Part shown: piece by piece, positions 12,020 through 25,349 of the stretch | How the letters are laid out: each line of letters starts with the position of its first letter | Position numbering within the stretch: position 1 is the first letter of the stretch | NCBI GenBank assembly: GCA_035084275.1 | Contig: CM068750.1 | Location: 8,804,001 to 8,868,000 of the forward strand | Origin: Hydrolagus colliei | Taxonomy: Eukaryota | Direction of reading: 5' to 3' | Length of the DNA stretch: 64,000 bases | Program-made: the position numbers and the translations under genes | The notes under the pieces: generated by a model | What the model saw: the letters and a program-made list of their open reading frames with translations, nothing else | Told to the model about the DNA's origin: nothing | The model's database searches: none

Positions 12020-12175
12020 CAGGCTAGACATTAAACACCAGTCAGCAGCTGGTGGAACAGGAGCAATGACTGAGCTTAATCCTGTGCTCCCCTGACATAT
12101 ACACTTCAGCAAGATTTACTGGATAGCAATTGTGATTTAGAACCCTGGGTTATTTTTCTACCCTCACTCGGCTCA
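12020..12175 (-). mobile_element. Old interspersed repeat (second SINE-like family), copy 1
   Basis: Reverse complement contains atccagtaaatcttgctg...acaggattaagctcag, similar to 28690-28750 and 35290-35367. Confidence 0.45.
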
Positions 12176-15100
12176 GATTATTTTTGAAAGTGAAACCTTG
12201 CTAGCCTTTGACTGGCTCAACAACACTTTGCTGTGTGCTACCCACACAACTGTTGGGCAGTGCTACTTGTTTCTTTGCCACATTGGGAACTAGTACTTTT
12301 CCCGTACAAGAGCAAGACAGAAGGGCCATTTGTGTAGTTTGCAAACATTGTTGTATTGAAATTTTGTGTGTGCTGTCCACTTATTGGGTAAGTTTCATAC
12401 TATCTACAGCTGCAACACTCAAAATAACACATATTATTTTGTTGCTGTTGTTGTTTGGTGTTAAAACATTTAGAATACACACATTTCTGGTGGAGACCAC
12501 ATCAGACAATTTGCTTCCCCTTTGAAGCATTTTATTCTCACCAACCCCCTGTCCACCTCAACATACTTACACACACATACTCTATTGCCATTCCCTTGGG
12601 ACTATTGCCCTCTAGCAAGCTTCGAAAGCTTAAGGCACCTTCTATTTCATTCACCTTTCAGCTACTTGAACTAAAATCAAAGTCAGAATTTCTATGAAGC
12701 CTTCCTGCACTTTGTAATTTCATTAAATACTTGACTACGCAATGTGCTCCAATTCAATGACTTCTGAGTGTAGATGTGAATACTTTTGGTTCAATACTTT
12801 AAATGCCATATTTATAGTTTCTCTCTGCATTTCAAGCAACTATTACTGTATATGCTGTACCAAGTCACAGCAACTTTAATTCAGTAATATAAAACTGTTT
12901 GAAAATCAGTTTAAAACCAGTTCCATTAAATTTATAGTGAACCAAAAATAATAATCAAAATGTTTATTTCTGTAAATTCTCATAAGGAAATGCTATTCTG
13001 TAAGTTGATGTTTGTACCCCACAAATTGTCTACTTATTTATTTGGTGAATAACTGTGTGATATATACAGATAATATACAGTATCAGCATTCATTAGTGTT
13101 TCCTTTAAAGATATCTGGACTTCCGTATTTTTAAATTGCACAAACATTTTTATAACCTAACCGTCCCCGATAAATAAATAATTGAAGACTATATTTATCA
13201 AACCGCATATCCCATTCTTGACAACTGCCTTGTATCTCACTTCAGCTTAATGTATTGCGTATCAGGTTTCAACACAGTCATTCTCTGTTGACTATTGATA
13301 GCTGCAGTTTTATTTGGTAAGTTGGTCAAAACCTTTTGTTATTTTCCTCCCTAAAATGTAATTAAATTGTTTAATTGGACTTTTGGAGGCATGTGTTCAG
13401 TTATTGAAATATAGACTGTGTGTATCTTTTTCGATTGGTTCCCAGCCTTAGAAAGGGAAAACCTATATTGACCATTTATTCCTGGAGTTTGTTACTTCAG
13501 TGATAAATGACTTGTCACCATGGCTGGATATCAGTTAGGCTGAACAATTTTAGCACAGAGTTTAGAATTGAGTCTTATCTTCAGGAAGTAGTAATCAAAT
13601 GTCATTCCGAGCACATCTTTGTGGGATCCGTTCGATCTGATGCTGTATCACTCTGACTGGGCTCACCACATGTAACTTTGACGGCCTCTATTTTTATTCC
13701 CCAGTAAAAATAAAGCCGTCAGTAGAAGGAAATGTCAAATCATCAGCCACTCTATTTGAACATATGTTTCTACATCAGCCTATATTTAATTTGGGTATAA
13801 ATTACAATATTCATACAGTGGATTTGTGGCCTTACGTGCAAATTATGGTTTATAAATTACTGTATAAAGCTCAAGGTCGGAGAATCCCAAGATAGTATCA
13901 GTCCAGGCTGATGAGCAAATCCCTCTGTTGTTGCCAGCTGTTTGCTTACTGGACTTTAGTCAGACATTGCCAGCTTGGAATGTAATGATTATGAATTTTA
14001 AGTAATGACTTTCCATTCTGCCATGGGCTTCATGTGATCATATCAAAGGACAGTTTTGCAGTTCACTTCTTGCCCTTGTGTTTAATGACTGTTGCCTTTC
14101 AGTCCTTTTTCACTCTTTACTTTCCTATTTTTTTCCAGTCAGTTGTGGTTTGATTGTCTTATTGATGGTCTTATTTTGCTATGTTTTAGAAAATCTGGCA
14201 ACGTTTGACTTGCACTAAATTTTCTCAAAATGCATTAGCTGATACTATCAATTAATGTCCAAACTGACTGGAAACCTCTCAGCCAGAAGCATGCACCTAC
14301 TCTTTGGAGGCATCCAGCAAATCCAGGTGTTCCTGATCATGTGTTCCTGGCCACAGAGGAGGTTATTGTGTGCTTCTGGAGCTGAAGAATCCCCCAATCA
14401 GTAAAAAAAAATGATGTACGATGTGTAAGTAATTGTTAGCGAATGTTTCCACATTGACATCCGACAATACTCGTATCTATCCTGGTTTATGGATAGAGAG
14501 AGCTGGTAATTATTTTTGATGTTTTACATTCTAATATTCAATGCAAATAATTTCAAGTCCCTCAGCTTTTTGTTTTCTGTATTGATGTTTTTTGAACAAC
14601 AACTGTCATAACACCTTTAGAATAATGTCATCCTTTCTCTGGAGACATCTTTTAAAATAACTGTGTGAAGTGTTTATGGACACCAGATAAAGACTCAGAC
14701 TTCAACCCATTGTTCCTGTCTGTTACTATTACAATAATACAGTGTGTGAGCCCATAGCAATTTTGTTTGACCACACATATGAAAACTGATTACAGATATG
14801 GCATTCCTGCTGGTCACAGGACTCTGCGGTTGGGCACTCATCCCTAACAATTGTTTTTATGGCCACAAGACATGGATATGAATTTAAAGGATGTGCTGAA
14901 GCTAATATATGGCTTGCTTTTGAAGGTTTGAGGTTTAATTTAGCAAAATTGACCTGCCTGAAGCCAGGCAGGAACAGCACACTCAACCGATAAACCATTC
15001 TGGCAGTGTACTGATGCAGCTATAGGTGGAGGGAGCAGTCACAAAAGCTCTCTATTTAAACTAAAAAGGAATTAACTGAAGGTGAGATACATTTGGCCTT

Positions 15101-15734
15101 TTTTTATCATATCATTGCTGTTTACATTTCTGTTTATTCATGACTCTCTCTAGATCCAAGGATACAGTTTTATATTCCTGCTCTCTATTCCTTGTCCGTT
15201 TCTCTTTTGCTGCTCTTACTGAATTTCGGTTTATCGTCCCCTGGTGCAATTTGGATTGATTTTTTTTCACTATCAAAACAAGTCAGTATCCCCATAGTGT
15301 ATGCATTGGGTTGCTCGTAGCCATATTTCATTGCAATAAAAGCTGTCTGTAGCCAACACTTCAATTCTCTGACTGTTCGTGTGGTGGGTTAAGAGCTGAC
15401 ATTTGTGCCACCTCAGAGACTCAAAATGTGAAACAGTAGCAACCGAACTGTATCACCGTAAAAATTGTCAGTTTTCTAACATTTGCCTTTAATTTCAGAA
15501 ATCTATTCCCTAGTCTACCGTTTTTTTGTTGCATAAATCAAACCCAGCAATTTTTGCTAGACTACCTTTGGGATATGTGAGTGCTGCCAATGTTTTCATT
15601 CACGTAGAATATTCGCATATTATTCACAGCCAACAATTCAACATCTTGAAGGTGGTGAATATGATTTTGAACCTTTGAGCTCTGCTTCACAGAGTCAAAT
15701 AGGCAATGGATGGATGTACGCTGTAGTCTTTTTT

Positions 15735-15951
15735 GAATAGTGGCATGGGATCTTTCACATAAACCTGAATAAGCAGATGGGATCTCAGTTGAACATTTCA
15801 TTCAAAGGAGGGCATCTCTGACAATGGAGAGCACTCCTCTGGTCCTCCACTAAATCAGTCTACGCTGTGAGCTCAAAATCTTAAAGTAAGGCTTGAATCC
15901 ACAACCTTCCGACCCGGAGTGAGAGAGCTATGGATTGAGCTGAGCTGGCAC
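15735..15951 (-). mobile_element. Old Deu-type SINE (SacSINE1-like), 5' half
   Basis: Reverse complement is colinear with 16535-16750 (tRNA-like head, tgtcagagatg, aaagatcccatg.cac). Confidence 0.75.
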
Positions 15952-16534
15952 CTTGTGCGTTCATATTTTTAAAACATTCTTTGGTTATAAATGCAGCAAT
16001 TTAAAACATTATATCTATGGAAGAAGAAGACGTGAAATAAAAGGAACAGTTTCCAAGTTAATCCTCCCTTTGTTGCATTTGTGAATTTGTTTTTGTCAAA
16101 AAAAGCAAATTCTGCCAGATATTAGAAGTATCTTTCAAAGTGCCTTTTGCTTAGACACTGAATGTGTGGGAACATTTTAAACTCTGAGGATGATTTTACT
16201 CAAGTTCCTTAAACCCATGAGCAGTAGTTGTTTAGAGGATCGGATTGCAGCCAATTGTATCGGTACTTTTACTTGCGTGCAGATTGACATTCTTCAACCC
16301 AGAATAAATGTGTTGGGAACTAACATTTAGACTTAACTATATTTTGTGCTAATTAATACATCAGCTGACGAGCACTACAAAGTCATAAATATCATGGCGA
16401 CTTTACAGGTCACAATTACTGAAACCTCAAATTTTTGAAAGCAGCTTAGTTTGTAGAGATTTATGTACAGTCTCCTGGGATCATCAGCACGAGACCTCAA
16501 ATAAATATTTCATAACATCCTCAATAAGTTTGAA

Positions 16535-16980
16535 TGTCCATCTGACTCAGTTGGTAGCACTCTTGCTTCTGAATCACAAGGTTGTGGCTTCAAACCCTAT
16601 GTCAGAGATGGAATCACATCGACTAAACTGACAATGCAGTGCTGGGGATGTCTTGCATTGTCAGAGATGCATTCCATCAGTTGAAACGATAAACCAAGGT
16701 CCCGCCTGCTTGTTCAGGCAGACATTAAAGATCCCATGGCACAATTCGAAAGGAGAAGGGAGTTTCTCCTGGTGTCCTCACCAACAAATCCAACAAATAA
16801 AATTGGTCACTCACTCCACAGTTACAGTATTTGTGGGAAGTTGCTGTGTGTAAACTGGCTACCGTATCCTGCCAACAAAAGACACAATAGAACCACTTCA
16901 CAGTATATCCTGTGAAACATTTAGAGACGTCAAAATAATGTGATAAGACATTGTACCAAATGCAGATTGTTATTATTATA
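16535..16980 (+). mobile_element. Full-length old Deu-type SINE (SacSINE1-like)
   Basis: A-box-like ctcagttggtag, B-box-like gcttcaaacc, aaagatcccatggcac, Deu core tttgtgggaagttgctgtgtgtaaactggct, L2-type tail ending in (tta)n. Confidence 0.85.
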
Positions 16981-17204
16981 CATGGAGATTCGCTGGATAT
17001 ATTGTTTTGTAAACAAGTGTATATATAATGTTGTGCTACTGGTATTTGGTCTTTTGGAGATTTGTTTCACTTCATCAGAGCAGGCACCCGGGGTTGAGGA
17101 GTCCAAATGAATTCAAGTGAATAGAATGATCTCAACATCCCTAAGTTATTTCCATTGGAGATTTTTATTATGAAAACAAATAAAGCATGTGTAAAACCAC
17201 CTAC

Positions 17205-17466
17205 TATTTCTCGTCTTCAAAGCCCTCCATGGCCTTGACCTCCACCTACCTCTGCGACCTCTTAACCCCCTACCAACCTATCCATCCATCAACTCAGCGG
17301 GCTCCGGCCTGCTCCACATCCCCCAACCCACCCATCCCACCATCGGCGGGCGAACCTTCAACCACCCTGCCTCCAACCTTTGGAATTCCAGTCCGCAATC
17401 CCTCTGCTTTGCCCCCTCCCTAGCCTCCTACAAATCCCACCTCAATACCCTCCGTTTCGACTGTGC
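17205..17466 (+). mobile_element. L2 LINE ORF2 3' fragment
   Basis: Encodes VFKALHGL.STYLCDLLTPYQP with frameshifts, colinear with 57990-58240. Confidence 0.85.
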
Positions 17467-20335
17467 CACAGTCACATGAAAACCATTTCCTGATTACGCC
17501 TTCCACAACAGCAAACTCTACACTCTACACTCCACACTCTGGAAAAACATCTTCAATTAGATAAAAAGTTTTAAAATAGAATTGGATTTGGTGACTCCTA
17601 AAACCGGCTGACAGGGTAGCCTGAGGGATTATGCAATTCAGTGCTTTTATTGGGAACGTCTGCTTCAAATATCCAATATTCTGTGTGATTATGTGGGATG
17701 AACTTTTCTAATCTCTAGTTGTGCTTTAGGCCTATTTTGTTTGAAACTTGTGGCCTCTGAATCTGCTCTTGTGCATTTTATAATCTGTGCCTTATTTTTA
17801 AAGGGAGAGATGCATCATCAAAGAGTTTCATGTCTTCCCTTGTGCATTCAGAGTGAGAACATATAAACCGCTTCACATGCCTTGTAAATTTTCATAAGGT
17901 GCTTGGTATTCTGCAACTGTAATATTATCTTAATTGTGCTATTTGTACATATTGCAAGAAAATATAAGGATATTAACGCCAAAGAAATGTCCCATCCAAA
18001 ATGAATTGTTTCCAGGACAAACTCTTTCATAAAGCAATCTTATGAAAGTCCAATGAATTGACTATGATTGTCTCGAATGCATTTCTAGTTTGGATTTAAA
18101 ATTTGGGGGGACTTGATGACATCCAAACTAGAAGATACAGAGATAAGCTCAGTTAAGTGAAAAAACATTTGCTTTGTAAGCTGCCAAATACATTAAAAAA
18201 AATTGCTTTGTTCTATTCTCAGTTTCCGTTTCACTGCTACACTGGCTGCATAGTACAACATACATCAAACTTTATATGTGCGTGTGGTGTTTTTTGTTTG
18301 TTTCAGATGTCTGGATTCTTCCCAAAGTTTCAGTTTTTAACGAAAGAGGTTTAGTAGAAAAGGTGTACCAATTTCATTGCAAGGCATGCTTGACACAGCT
18401 GCTTACAACATTTGTGCTGGAGTGATGTTTTTGTTGTAGCGATTTATTTCTGGAAATTCTCTATCAAAAATGTAATGGTATAGTTTCTAATGATAGAGTA
18501 GGACACTGAAACCCACAGTAAGTACATGGGAAGATTTAAGATGACATAGGGAATGAGGATGATGAGATCGAGGCAGTATTCAGACCCTTATAGATGGTAT
18601 AAGAATGGTGGTGATCTGTGCTACTTAACATTTTCATGATTCTTAAGAAATAAAAAATACTTACATATTAAGTTAGACTGTGACTGAATGGAATTTGCAA
18701 ACTATTAATTATCTTGAAATAAAATGAAATAAAATGAGAAAGGAACAAGAGCCAAGCAGATATTTCACAGTCCTTTAGATGTCTGGCCCAGTGGATGTGT
18801 GCTTAGATATGATCATCCCTTCTACTCCCATAAATTGTTCGGGGAAGGGTGTAGGAAATAATTTGTCTGAAGTAATGTTGCTGTTCCTTTAGTGCTCGAT
18901 GTTGAATATCATTTTGGGCTCTTGCTATTCTTGATGTCTTTTCTCTGTTAAATTGTAAAAGCCATCCCTCCTGTATGGGATGAGAGAGGACAGAGAAGCC
19001 GAAGGCACAGTTGATTAATACTATATGGAGTATATATATATGTGATATATTTTGTACTTTAAGATTATATCTCTTGGGTTGTATCTTTGAACAAATATTC
19101 TAGTCTGGGTTTAAGCTGCTCTGTGGAGGATTAACTTGGTTACATTTCTTATGTCTGAGGAAGAATGTGCTTTTACACAAATTTTAGATCTTTGTTAAGA
19201 CTGTGAGCCATATGTGTCCACATTTTGTCCTGGTATGTTTTTCTGCTTCTAATTTGGAGATTGAGATGTTTAGACAATTGCGAAACAGTGGTTTGATGCT
19301 TTATCAATTTATCAAGTGGCGTTCAACTACAAAGAGTTGGAATTCACATAAATTTGTGTATTTTAAAATATTTCCAAAATTTGGGGCATTTTTGTTTTTT
19401 GGTTCAGTTTGATGACTGTTATTACCACACTAGATAGCTAGTCCATAACTCAATGTGATCTAGCAAGGGTTTGGTCTAATTTTAAACAGTGCTTATGGAA
19501 AGAATGTCCCCCCTTGGTCCATTGTGGTGAGTTTGTCCTTACATTGCTTTGGAAATGTCTCACCAGTTGATGCTACTAAGTTTTCTCCTCCCTGGATAAA
19601 GATCTTGCAAGGACATAAATAAACCAGCAAACAATAGACTCTGGACAAGCATCTTGAGATGTCAAGATGTTCGAAAGCTTTGTTTCAACGCATCTTTATT
19701 TTTGCTCCTTGTACATATTGTGAGATATATTGACTCCATATACTACACCAACATCCTTTCTGTCTATCAATTAGCAGTAGCACTCTCAGCTGATGTATTT
19801 GAGCCAGAGATAGCAATTGCTCATTCGGTATGGATCATGCTCAGGCCATTTATTAATAATAATAATCATGATTTCATTTGAAATAAACACTTTCATATTG
19901 GGATGGCATTTCAAGTACTTTGCAAGATTACTATAATACATTAGAAAAGTCCAGTTGCCAGGGAAGAAGTCCTGAGATGGACCTGAAAACAAACAGTGGG
20001 TATAAGTAATTTTTATTTGCACATATGTTCTCCGGGAGATAAAATGGGTGTGGTGGAGTGCATACCCACAGGTATGTTCTGTCTGGTCTGTGGGAGAAGC
20101 AGGCATGGATCAGCCAAATAGTTTTGGCTATTTTCCATCTGAAATCGTATTCGGCATCTGCTGTGCACGTGCATGTGTGTGAGTGGATGAACATGTCCTG
20201 TGTGCGCTTGTGGGTGGAAGTAATCTGACACGAATAACTCTTGTGAAGATTAATCACCACAATGTGATATTTTTGAAATAAAAAGCTTTCGCTGGATTAC
20301 CTTGAGATTATGCCTTGAGATACTCAATCGCTCAT

Positions 20336-20450
20336 ATAATAATAATACCAATCCTTGTATTTGATATAGCACTTTTCATGTCTTCTAGACATCTCAAAAC
20401 GCGTCACAGAATATACTGGAAAGTGAATTGACTGTACATTTGTGGGCTAA
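20336..20450 (-). mobile_element. Deu-SINE 3' fragment
   Basis: Closely similar to 42070-42180 (aatccttgtatttgatatagcacttttcatgtcttctagacatctcaaa). Confidence 0.85.
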
Positions 20451-21426
20451 AGACATTTGTATTTGGACAAAGATTATTTTGAAATCTAGTTCTTGGTCAG
20501 ATTTAGCATTTGATGTATATTTAATGGTTTCTTATCATTGATCTAAATTGTCCTACCAACTAAGTATCCATAGGAATTCCCCATTATTTTTCTAGGTCCA
20601 TTCAACATTAGTCAAAAATAATGAATATAAATCCTGGTTCCTAAAATGTTAACGGCCTGTTCAGCGGTTGAAATAGTTGTGCTCCAATAGCTCTTGGGTC
20701 GTTCATTGTGTTTGCACTTGGGATCTAATTTGTTACTTCACTGCCAATTGTGAATGTTTCTGAAATCTGTTACTAAAAAGACTGAAGTACTCTCATGTCC
20801 CATTGCAGAGCATCCTTGATGCAAAGTTCCCTCTCCTGGCATTTTCGACCCAGCAAACCCAATGTTCCAGTTAAGCCATGCAAATTGTGGCCAGCATTCA
20901 ATGGAGAGGTAACAAATTTCACTTCAGGGTTATAGCGCACACAAGCTCCAATTGATCTCTACCCCATAGAAATGGAGAAACTGTTTCATGCAAAGTAAAG
21001 AAGGAAGCATGATTATTTAGTTTGAACCTTGGGATATCCTCCTGATGTGAAATGCACTGTACAAATGTAATTTTGTGTTGCATTACTTTGAAAACAATTT
21101 TGGTGTAATTGGTGTTTTTTGCTCTGGAAACTGTATTCATTAATGGTCACTTCTGAGTAACATCTGTGAAATATCAATTCTAGCATCTTTTCCTTTCCTG
21201 TCAATAAATTACAAAATCCACAGGTGGCCATTTTGCAGTTAGCTTAGATTGTTTAAGAATGAATGCTTGGCATTGTAACCAATTAGTATTGGATGAGCTC
21301 TCCTGCCCTACTCGAGGGTGCTGAAACCTGTGAGTCTTTGACTCTTACAAGCTGTTTACAGCTGCTGAACAAGAGACAGATAAACTGGTTCCAGTTACCA
21401 AATACTACTACTGTGAATGCTGGGAT

Positions 21427-21683
21427 CTTCTAGACATACCAAAGCGCTTCACGGAATATGCTGAAAAGTGAATTGACTGTATATATGTGGGCGAAATGCG
21501 GCAGCCAATTGTGCACAACAGTGTCCCACAAACAGTCGTAGATTGAAATTACCAAGTTTTTTTTGAAGGATTATTATTAGGTGTGCGGAATAAGGAAACT
21601 TGCCCAAGGTTTTACCCTTGAATTGAACCCAGTTCTCTCGTTTGTAAAGCGAGTGCTCTAACCAATGAAATACGGCACTCCAC
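21427..21683 (-). mobile_element. tRNA-headed Deu-SINE (younger family), lacking the extreme 3' tail
   Basis: Colinear with the copies at 31281, 42070 and 61523; head ends in ctccac. Confidence 0.9.
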
Positions 21684-21711
21684 AAAATGCACAAAAGAGG
21701 AAATGTATGAA

Positions 21712-21822
21712 ATAATAATAATTCTTGCGTTTAATATAGTGTCTTATCATGTCTTCGAGACGTCTCAAAGTGTTTCACAGGATATATTGTAAACTGAATT
21801 GGCTGTGTGTTTTGCGGGCAAA
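21712..21822 (-). mobile_element. Deu-SINE 3' fragment
   Basis: (aat)n followed by cttgcgtttaatatagtgtcttatcatgtcttcgagacgtctcaaagtgtttcacagg. Confidence 0.8.
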
Positions 21823-21894
21823 AAAGAAAAATAATCAAAGACTTCGATCGTGGAGGTATAAAGGGGTACAACAAAAGAAAGGAGCTTTGCAATT

Positions 21895-22000
21895 TTCAGC
21901 CCAGTTCAGTTGGTAGCACTCGCACCTCTGGGTCAGAATGGGTTCAAGCTCTCCATTGGGAGTTGGAAATCACATTGTCTAAGTTGATACTCCAATGCAT
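21895..22000 (+). mobile_element. Old Deu-type SINE 5' head fragment
   Basis: cagttggtagcactcgcacctctgggtcagaatgggttcaagc matches the heads at 16535 and 48604. Confidence 0.7.
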
Positions 22001-22964
22001 GAGTTCAAAGGAGGTGAGAATGTCATGACCCAGGCTAACATTTGAATGATCTACTCAATTAAGGGATGACCAAAACATGCCTTCTATATATACAATCTTT
22101 CAGAATGCTTCTTGTACTAATGCATATTATTGGAGTGAGGAATGGCCTTCCTATATAAACATTTTACATTTAACCAGTTGGGTTACTATGGTTACATATT
22201 TATGCAGAGCAAACAGTTCTGCATAAATAGATTACAACATCTTCTCCCGAGTCCCTTATTTGCAAACTGCATTTTATGTTTACTCAAGTTCATTGTCGGG
22301 ACTATGATTTCCAACAAAATAAAAGCAGTCTTCTGAGTTATTTAACTGTTCAAAAAGTTTATTGATGTATCAAATTTTATGTGGCAGAATATTAAAAAAC
22401 AGCTTGTTTGGAGGGGTGGGAGGGGGAGCAGTGAATGGAAGGCTTCATTGTATGCAATAGCACAATGACCTTGTGGTTTGAGGAACAACGTTTTGTCGGA
22501 AAATATTCCGTGCCTTTAAGACGTTTGACTTTAATGAGAAAATGTTGACTGCAATGTTTGGAAATGAACCCAACCTAGACGCATGCCATATTTTGCATTA
22601 TTGTAGAACATGTCTCTCCAAGAAATTCTCTCCCTTTGCTTGCAAAAAATGTATTATAGGAGATATATTCTTTTGCAAAACCTGGCTGTATTTTGTTGGC
22701 TGCGCAAGGAGACTTCTTGCCTCAAGTGAGTTATGAAAATAAGCGCATACCTTCCCAATGAGTGAAACGCAAAGTTAGCCACAAATATGAGTAGTTCAAA
22801 ATAAACCATGGATGCGCTACCACAACCAGAAGATTTAATTCCTTCAGCCTAGAGCATACAAACAGCTGCCAATTTATTGTGGTTGTGACCTTATACTGTA
22901 TATTACAGCTTCCAGTCTAGTGCTTTGTAGACTGGGGGGAGTCAAAAAAAAATCAAAGTCCATC

Positions 22965-23168
22965 ATCATAGAATCATAGAATTTTAAAGCACAAAAGGAG
23001 GCCATTTGGCCCATCATATCTGTGCCTGCTCTTTGAAAAAAGCTATTCAATGTCAATCCCACTCCCTGGCTCTCTCCCCATTACCCTGCAAACTTGTCCT
23101 CCCCAAATAACCATCCACCTCTCTTTTAAAAGTTGTTATTGAATCGGCCTCTACCACCCTTTCAGGCA
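22965..23168 (-). mobile_element. CR1 LINE 3' end
   Basis: (atcataga)2 terminal repeat and ggaggccatttggcccatc; reverse complement is colinear with 31060-31224. Confidence 0.9.
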
Positions 23169-23489
23169 TGTTTCTCAAACAAGAAAATCATGATGAGTAA
23201 ATAAAAGCAGATAGCTTTCAGGTCTTGCGCAGCAGTTAACTTTGCCGTCAAACTGCTTTTGTTAATGTATTTCTTTGTTGCTTGTTCTGGTTAAGAGACA
23301 GTAAACCATCATTCAATGCTCAAAAGCCTATTAACCTCAAGTGTGCTCCTAACTGAGATTTCTGATCAGTTACCTCTTGTGGATAGTGCTGGCTCGAGTC
23401 CCACAAACTTAGACAAAATTTGCACCACACTGGTTACGCTAGATAAGGGGAGCTTTGCAAATCCTTATCTGTACGCCAGTTTTTGAATG

Positions 23490-23548
23490 GGTTCAGCACT
23501 TTGAGACGCCACTCCGCATGAAGGGCGCTATATAAATGCAAGTTGTTG
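23490..23548 (+). mobile_element. L2-type 3' tail stub
   Basis: gcatgaagggcgctatataaatgcaagttgttg. Confidence 0.65.
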
Positions 23549-24477
23549 CTTAGAGTTGCTCTGCTTCTTTTGCTTTATAGCATCTAGCAGTTTTACGATT
23601 TACTTTCTCATTCCAAATCACCCCATGCCCTGCTACACTTGCATTTCCTAAAGAGTCTCAACCTTACTGCCGTTCCCTTCCCCCACAACCACTGATTGGC
23701 ACTGTTTCCTCAATAGAAGGTGAAATGGAAAATGGGGAAAATAGAAAAGAGACAAATAACATAAAAGAGTGGGATATTTGGAGAGCCAAGTGGGCTTTTT
23801 GAGGAATTTCTGCACGCATTTCTTTATTTGAATACAATAATCTATATCCTTCCCTCCGTTTAGTTGAAGGTATGTTCAAACTGCTTTATTAATCCATATC
23901 AGAAAACTACCAATAGGTTGAGGGGGACTTCTTGACCACTGTAATTTATGTCTAAAATGTTTTTGTGATTCATTCTGCAGCAGTTCAGACTTGTTGCAAA
24001 ACAATGCTGCTAAGTGTGTCACTCACCTGTGTCTGACTGGTGACCTTTGCACACCATATGTTGTAATGTTGCTTTTCCTTTGTGTCTTAAAGCCCACATT
24101 AGTGGAAATGCCAACCTTAAGCAGCTGTTAGTGTTGTCTTGCTCTGACCTGTTATGTACTGTAGTCTGATAATTTCAGGAGACATAATCACAGATGAAAT
24201 ATTTGGCAGCAGTATAAACAATGATTCCGCAAGCACGCACGGTAGGGATGAACTTTATGATAGGAGATGCAATGCTTAGCATTCACACTGCCTCCTGTTA
24301 TTGAGGGTTAGTTCAAATAATAATTGACAGTTCTCAAAGGATTTTTTTTCTTCCTTTTCCAGCGGGTTAACTTCTCGCTTGACAGGCTTTCCTTCAGGAA
24401 TTTCCCTGGCTTTTTGTAGGATTTCAGCTTCACCATTACTAATACAAGATGAACGTCTATTTGTTCATATGCATATA

Positions 24478-24551
24478 CAGTCAACCATTGCCGAACGCGA
24501 CTTTCTCGAGTACGGATTCGCCTATACGCCTTGTTCGACGAGGGTCTACTG
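24478..24551. mobile_element. 74-bp Tigger/pogo-type mini-MITE
   Basis: TA-CAGTCAACCATTGCCGAAC ... GTTCGACGAGGGTCTACTG-CA. The first 52 bp match the left end of the 25350 element at 41 positions. Confidence 0.75.
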
Positions 24552-24611
24552 CACTAGTGTAAAGTTAAGTACCAGATATGTATTTGGACCTTACTTATAA
24601 AAGTACTAGAG

Positions 24612-24895
24612 CAGTGGTTCTCAACCTTTTTCAGTAATGTACTCCTTGTTAATTATCCTTGGAGCCCCACCCAACCACATACACACACACCACCCTCCTC
24701 ATTCCACTTGCATTTTATGACCAAGCTTTTCTTATATAACAAAATAACTAGCACATACAAAACGTGGGGAATAACAATTAAATGTACAATTTGGAAGGCT
24801 ATAAAATGCTAAATAAATCAATGTACCGCCACCTGTACCCCCGGAAATAATTTTGTACCTCCTGGAATACATGAACCCCTCGTTGAGAACCGCTG
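24612..24895. mobile_element. hAT-Charlie (MER5-like) MITE, 284 bp
   Basis: TIRs CAGTGGTTCTCAAC / GTTGAGAACCGCTG match at 13 of 14 positions. Perfect 8-bp TSD TACTAGAG at 24604-24611 and 24896-24903. Confidence 0.92.
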
Positions 24896-25349
24896 TACTA
24901 GAGCACAGTTCTCCACCTAGCCCCTGATTATAATAGCTAACACTTTGCAAGCTTTTTCTCTTTTTTTGTGGTGACTTCAGGCTTGTGACTTGACTTGTGA
25001 TGAGATAATGGCCAGTGTGGATCAAGTTTACATGAAAGATTTACATTTATAAATATTTGCATCTAAACCATATGAGTGTGAACTGCAAGACCGAAAACAA
25101 AGTAGTTTAGTATTCAACAGTTTTCAGTACTTGATGGTCTCCAGTCCTGTTTATATGGTCCCCTCTTAGCACATCAAAAACAATGCATTTTGTTTCTTCC
25201 TTTGAAGTCGAGAAACACACACACACACACACAGCCAGGCCATGCAGTTGCAATATGTGTCAGCTGTGGTTTATTTGGAAATAAATATGTTTATGTTTCA
25301 CAACACATAACTGGCATTTGCAAATGTATTAATGCCATTAACTGTAGTA

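Noticed and set aside
13900-13955. Hairpin containing CTGATGAG (AGTCCAG...CTGGACT), possible hammerhead or H/ACA RNA
   Set aside because: No GAAA box closing stem II, and no properly placed H box or second hairpin.
16365-16428. CTGACGAG...GAAAC as a hammerhead core
   Set aside because: Stem II does not close next to the boxes, and helices I and III are not supported.
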